Source: Mobula hypostoma
Taxonomy: Eukaryota
Length of the DNA: 64,000 nt
Direction of reading: 5' to 3'
Assembly: GCF_963921235.1 (NCBI RefSeq)
Contig: NC_086118.1
Span: 28,274,001 to 28,338,000, forward strand
Made by a program: the position numbers and the translations under genes. Numbering within the stretch: position 1 is the stretch's first letter; each line of letters begins with the position of its first letter. The notes beneath the pieces are model-generated. The model was not told the DNA's origin. It worked only from the letters and a program-made list of their open reading frames with translations, and ran no database searches. This document shows, piece after piece, positions 58,520 through 64,000 of this stretch.

Positions 58520-61500
58520 TATAAGATCATAAGACAGAGGAGCAGCCTGCTCTGACACTTCACCATGGCTGTCCCATTTCCCTCTCAACCCTATTCTCCT
58601 GGCTTCTCCCCATAACCTTTCATGCCCTGACTAATCAAGAACCTATCAACCTTGCTTTAAATATTGTACACCCAATAACCTAACATTCGCAGCCGCATGT
58701 GGCAATGAATTCCACAGATTCACCACCCACTGGGTAAAGAAATATCTCCTCATCCCTGTTCTACATGGACATCCTTCTATTCTGAGGCTGTGCCCTCTGA
58801 CCCTTGATTCCACCAATATAGAAAACTTCCTCTCCACATCCACTCTAACAAGGCCTTTCAACATTCAACAGGTTTCAATGCGATCCCACCTTGGTCCTCT
58901 AAATTTCTAAAGGCCTAGAGCCATCAGTTGTTCCTCACACAATAAGCCTTTCATTCCTGTAATCATTATCATGAATCTCCACTGAATCCTCTCCAATGTC
59001 AGAACATCCTTCTTAAATAAGGGGCCTAAAACTGCTCACAATTTTCCGCGTGTGGCCTTACAGGTGCCGTATAAAGCCTCAGCATTACATCCTTGCTTTC
59101 ATATTCAAGTCCTCTCGAAATGAATCCCAACATTGCATTTGCCTTCCACATCACCATCTCAACCTGCAAATTAACCTTTAGTGACTCTTCTTCGAGGACT
59201 CCCAAGTTCCTTTCTGGTTCTCTCCATTTAGAAAATAGTTCATGCCATTATTCCTTCCACCAATGTGCATGACCAAACACTTCTTGACACCGTATTCCAA
59301 TTGCCAATACTTTGTCCATTCTTCTAAGTCCTTCTGCAGCTTCCCTGCTTCCTCGACACTACCTGCCCCTCTACCTTCCATTGTATCCGCTTTTATGTTG
59401 AATTTGACATCCCCTGTCAGCCATGGTTGTATCATCCTGCCTTTAGAATACTACTTTTTTGGGATGCATCTATCCTGTGCCTTACACATTTCTCCCTGAA
59501 ACTCCAGCCATTGGTCAGCTCCACACTCCTGCCTTTGTAAGTCTTTTTACTCCATCTGACTTTAGTTTCTCCCTCTCAAATTGCCAGATGAATTCTATGA
59601 TATTATGATCTCTGCCTCCGAAGAGATCCCTTGCCTTAAGTCTGCTTCATTGCACAGCACACAATTCAGAATAGCTGATCCCCTAGTGGGATCAACCCCA
59701 AGCTGCTATAAAAAGCCATCTTGTAGGCATTCTACAGATTGTCTCTCTTGGGACCAGCACCAACCTAATTTTCCCAATCTATCTGTACTTTGAAATCTCC
59801 CATGACTATCGTAAAATTCCCTTTTTTGACTTGCCTTCTCTATTTTATGTTGTAAAAGTAGCCCACATCCTGGCTTCTGTTCAGAGGCCTGTATGTAATT
59901 CTCATCAGGGACTTTTGACCCTTGAAGTTTCTTAACTCTACCCACCAAGATTTTACATATTCCGATCCTGTATCACTTCTTTCTAGGATTTGATTTCATT
60001 TTTTTACCAACAGGTCCGTCACCACCCCCATCCCACTTCACCACCTAACTGTCTGTCCTTTCAATCCAATGTGCATACTTGGATGTTAAACTCCCACTGA
60101 GTCGTCCTTCAGCCATGACTCAGTGATGCCCATAACATCTGTAATATGCCAATCTCTAACTCTACTACAAGATTATCTGCCTTGTACTGTATGCTGTGTG
60201 CATTGAAATACAACACCTTCAGTCCTATGTCTGCCACCCTTCTTGATATTTGGTCCCCTTTTTACACTACATCTCACCCCACTGACTGCAATTTTGCCCT
60301 ATCTTTGTTCGCTGTTACTATTGATGGTGAGGACTTGTAAGTACCTGGGGGACAGACGTGAGTGGAGCACCACACAGAGGCTGTGTACAAGGAGGGCCAG
60401 AGTCATCTCTACTTCCTGAGGAGACTGAGGTCCTTTGGAGTACGTAGGTCTCTCCTGCACATGTTCTACCAGTCTGCTGTCACCAAGTACAATCTTCTAT
60501 GGGATGGTGTGTTTGTTGGGGCAATGGCATCAAAATGGGTGATGAAAACAGACTCAATAACTGATGTAGAAAGCCTGGCTCTGTTCTAGGAATCAAATTG
60601 GACACACTGGAGGCTGCGGGTAGAACAAAGGACCCTACGGAAAATCCTGACAATTCTGGACAATGTTCCTCATCCTCTGTATGCTAAACAGAAGAGCACT
60701 TTTCGTAATAGACTAAGACAACTGCACTGCTCTAAAGAGTGCTATATGAGGTCATTCTTGCCTTTGCCGTAAAGCTCTGTAAAGAGTCAAACTACAGCCA
60801 GGGAGGTGATGACCCCCTCCTGTTAGACCGTTTGAGATAATTTATTTTCTGTTCTTTCTTACTTCTCTTCTACTATTTATATATCTGTGCATTTGCAACG
60901 ACTCATGTGACACTGTAATTTCCTTTAGGATCAATAAAGTATCTATCTTCCTCTGCCTATCCTCCCTGACAGTCTCACTACACACTTCCTCTGCTTGAAA
61001 ACCAACAGCCCCATGCTCAGGCGTACCACTCTAGTTCCCATACCCCTACCAGATTAGCTTAAACCCCCTACAACAGCTCTAGCAAACCTGCCCAGAAGGA
61101 ATTGATCCCCATGGATTCGGGTGTAAACTGTCTCTTTTGTACAGGTTATACCTTCCCCAGAAGAGATCCCAATTTTCCAAACATCAGAAACCTTGCCCCC
61201 CCACACCAGTTTCTGAGTCATGCAGTCATCTATGAAATCATCCTATTCTTACCCTCACTGGTGCATTGCATTGGCAGCAATCCAGAGATTGTTCCCTGGA
61301 GGTCCCACTTTTCAGCTTTCTACATAGCTCCCTAAATTCTCTCTTCAGGACCTGCTTGTTTTTCCTACCTATGTCATTGGTGCCCTATGTATCAAGACTT
61401 CTGGCTGCTCACCTTTCCCCTTTAGAATGTCATGGACCCAATGTAAAACACCCCTGACTTAGGCACTTGGGCGGCAACATACCATTCAAATGTCTCTATC

Positions 61501-62000
61501 ACGCCCACAGAATCTTGTGTCTGATCCTCGAACTATGGAATGAATTCCCTATCATTACTGCAATCATCTTCTGCCCCTTCCCATTCCTTTCTGTGCCACA
61601 GCGCCAGACTCGTGCCGGAGACCCATTTGCTGTTGGTTCACCCACTCCCATATAGATTGTTCCCCTTAAAAGTATCTAAAACAGAATGCTTATTATTGAG
61701 AGGAATGGCTAGAGGTACTCTGTACTGGCTGCCCATTTTCCTTCCCTCTCCTGACAGACACCCATTTTCTTGCAACTTGGGGACAGTTTCCTGTCTAGAG
61801 CTTCTATCATCCCTTAGTTTCCTTAACACGTTCTCTGAGGAGCTGCAGCTCAGTGCACCCGGTGCAGATGTGGTTATCCAGGAGGCTTGAGTTCTCCCAG
61901 AATTCCCACCTCTCACACAAAGAACATTCACACTGCCCTAACTATGTACTAACACAGAAAGAATGAATAAGAAGAAACTTACCGGTTATGCACCACGCTC
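58520..62000 (-). mobile_element. Long, internally deleted CR1 LINE (ORF1, APE, RT end, 3' UTR)
   Basis: YFFTQWVVNLWNSLP; SVEEAGKLQKDL; ECLQDGFL (APE); VPLAIPLNNKHSVLDT (CR1 ORF1-like). Confidence 0.8.
60306..60942 (+). mobile_element. Rex1/Babar-type 3' fragment nested in CR1
   Basis: TEAVYKEGQSHLYFLRRLRSFGV; tail ggatcaataaagtatctatc; possible TSD CTATCTT (60299-60305, 60943-60949). Confidence 0.8.
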
Positions 62001-62854
62001 AAGTCTGTTCCCACTGAAGCCCGATGAGCCAAAGCCTCCGCACTCTAACACTCGTCTACTCACACAATGGCCACTCTAACAACAGTGGCCCTACTTGTTC
62101 CTGCCTTATTTTTATTTTCCCTTGCCAATGAATGGTGACAAAGCCAAAATCCCATGACAGCTTCTTCATTTAAATCTGTTGCTGTCCGACCTGCGTGAGG
62201 CCTCATATTCAGGTATATGGAATGATGAGTGTTCTGGACAGAATGGACAGTGGGAAGCGGTGACCTTTTTGGTGGAAGCTTTGCGGACTAAAGATCATAT
62301 TTATAAGCTATAAGTGAAGCCTTTTGGAGAGTTGTGAGGCAAAATGATTTTGCTTGGCATTCAGTTGAAAACTGAACTTCACAGCTTACAGATGTGGTGA
62401 CAGCAGCTTCCACTCTGATCTTCCAGGAAATTTGGTATTGAAAGCCTTGCAAGGCTAAAGAGAAAGACCTAATGAGTGGAACTAGAGACTTGCCCTGATA
62501 GGCAGCCATGAAGTACACAATGGGTTTAATGCTCTCTTTATGTGTAGTAACAATTTAATGATTCAATTGCTATTCCACAAGTGAAAATGGCTCACTTTGA
62601 TCATTTAGCAATTTTGTGATCATACAGCATTAGTGTATATAATTTCTGATACCAGTTGAAGTGTTTCCATGATGGATTCTGCAAACAAAATGTCTGCTTT
62701 TCCTTTCGGGGAAACATAAATTAACCAGAACCTATGGTCCTGTTCTTTAGGAATGTGTTAATGAAATTAAAGCTGAAAGTTGTAAAATAATATTTATTAT
62801 TACCATACTTGGACAAAGAGCTAAACTTGAGGCTGTTGGATGTTTTATAGGAAA

Positions 62855-63060
62855 TAAAAAAAAATCTGCTGAAGGGATTCAGTGGGTCAGGTGCTTTCTG
62901 TGGAGGGAGATGGACAGTCAACTTTTTGAACCAACCCTTCACCTGAACTGACAAAAATGGTCTCATGCAAAAATGCTGACTGTCCATTTCCCTCCACTGA
63001 TCCTATCTAACCCTCCAGCATTTTTCTTGCACTAGATTCCATCATCTGCAGTTTCTTCTA
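62855..63060. mobile_element. Old Penelope fold-back mini-element
   Basis: Inverted arms gtggagggagatggacagtca / tgactgtccatttccctccac around decayed hammerhead sequence; catctgcag tail. Confidence 0.7.
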
Positions 63061-64000
63061 TGACTGAATGTCTAATAGTTAAGGGATTTGTGAGTTATAG
63101 ATCAAAGGCTGGTTTGTGAAGTTAAAATGCAGAATGGCCATGATCTAATTGAATGGTGGAACTTACCTGATCTCTTATTTTATTGTTTTCACATCATAGA
63201 GCTTGGCTGCAGTTTGTAAAAGCTGCAGTGGCTGAACTTTTAAAGAAAAACACAGGCTATAAAGCTTTTACTATATATATTCACTGCATCTACTGTATAT
63301 GGAAGGATGAACTTCTATTTCCTAAAATGCTTCTAGCACCCCATAGTATTTCATAGGTAATAAGATACATGTAGCCTTATTGAAATGTAAACTCCATTCA
63401 AGGATAGCACACCCTCATAGTGCTAAGCAAAGGACAAAAATGATCAGTTGCTTATCACTACTAGATTACTTCTCTTAACAAATTAGTTGAATACTTATCT
63501 GTTGACTTGCATTTTCTGTCTTAATACTCAATTGCAACTGATGTAAGCCAATATTTGCTAAGTATACAAGTGACCTCCAATTGGAAAAAAGTTGATCAAC
63601 GTATACTGAACATAGTTACAGATAAAATTACCATTTCAAATCACTTAGCAATGTAATTTTTTGGGAGAAAGGATACAAGAGCAAGCTCGCTTTGGAAATT
63701 GCACAGCAAAGGGCATTTTCAAAATGTGAAGTGAAGAGTCAGACAACCAATAGGAAGACACTTTTGACAATGTTCCAGCAGGGAAATGCATTTACTGCAT
63801 CATATTCCAAACACCTGCACCTTTTGTGTTCAGATATTGGCTAAAGTGATTTGAAATTGCAAGGCTTTAGGGGAGAAACTGATCTCTAATTACAAATGAA
63901 TGTGAAATCCTTTAATCCAACAAGCAAAATTGGGCCCAAATTAATTGTGGACACTTTGGGCCAATCATGACTCTGATCTCCAGAAGTAATTTGACTGTGT

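Noticed and set aside
1..64000. CRISPR arrays, operons, rRNA or other prokaryotic/viral systems
   Set aside because: No regularly spaced repeats or gene-dense segments; the window is eukaryotic repeat-rich DNA.

Overview
Non-coding, repeat-rich vertebrate genomic DNA. The repeat repertoire points to a cartilaginous fish, probably a ray; this is inference from HER/CR1 LINEs, V-SINE/HE1-like and Deu-type SINEs, Rex1/Babar and abundant Penelope fragments. No host gene is recognisable. Nearly all recognisable long ORFs are decayed transposon proteins: CR1, Rex1/Babar, L1-clade ORF2, a HERO-clade RLE retrotransposon, Penelope GIY-YIG, pogo/Tigger, Harbinger and a hAT BED finger. The main points of interest are: (i) a Penelope system with minimal hammerhead ribozymes, one copy with an intact core at 45777-45812 (-), and several ~200-bp fold-back mini-elements whose hairpin hinge falls at the ribozyme; (ii) a HERO element bounded by ~85-bp terminal direct repeats containing hammerhead-like CUGANGA motifs; (iii) multi-level nested insertions with readable TSDs; (iv) two SINEs sharing a head but with different tails; (v) a transposon-poor island at ~27.4-33.8 kb with a CTCF-like site and weak candidate exons. 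Family names come from motif recognition, not database searches. Boundaries without TSDs are approximate.
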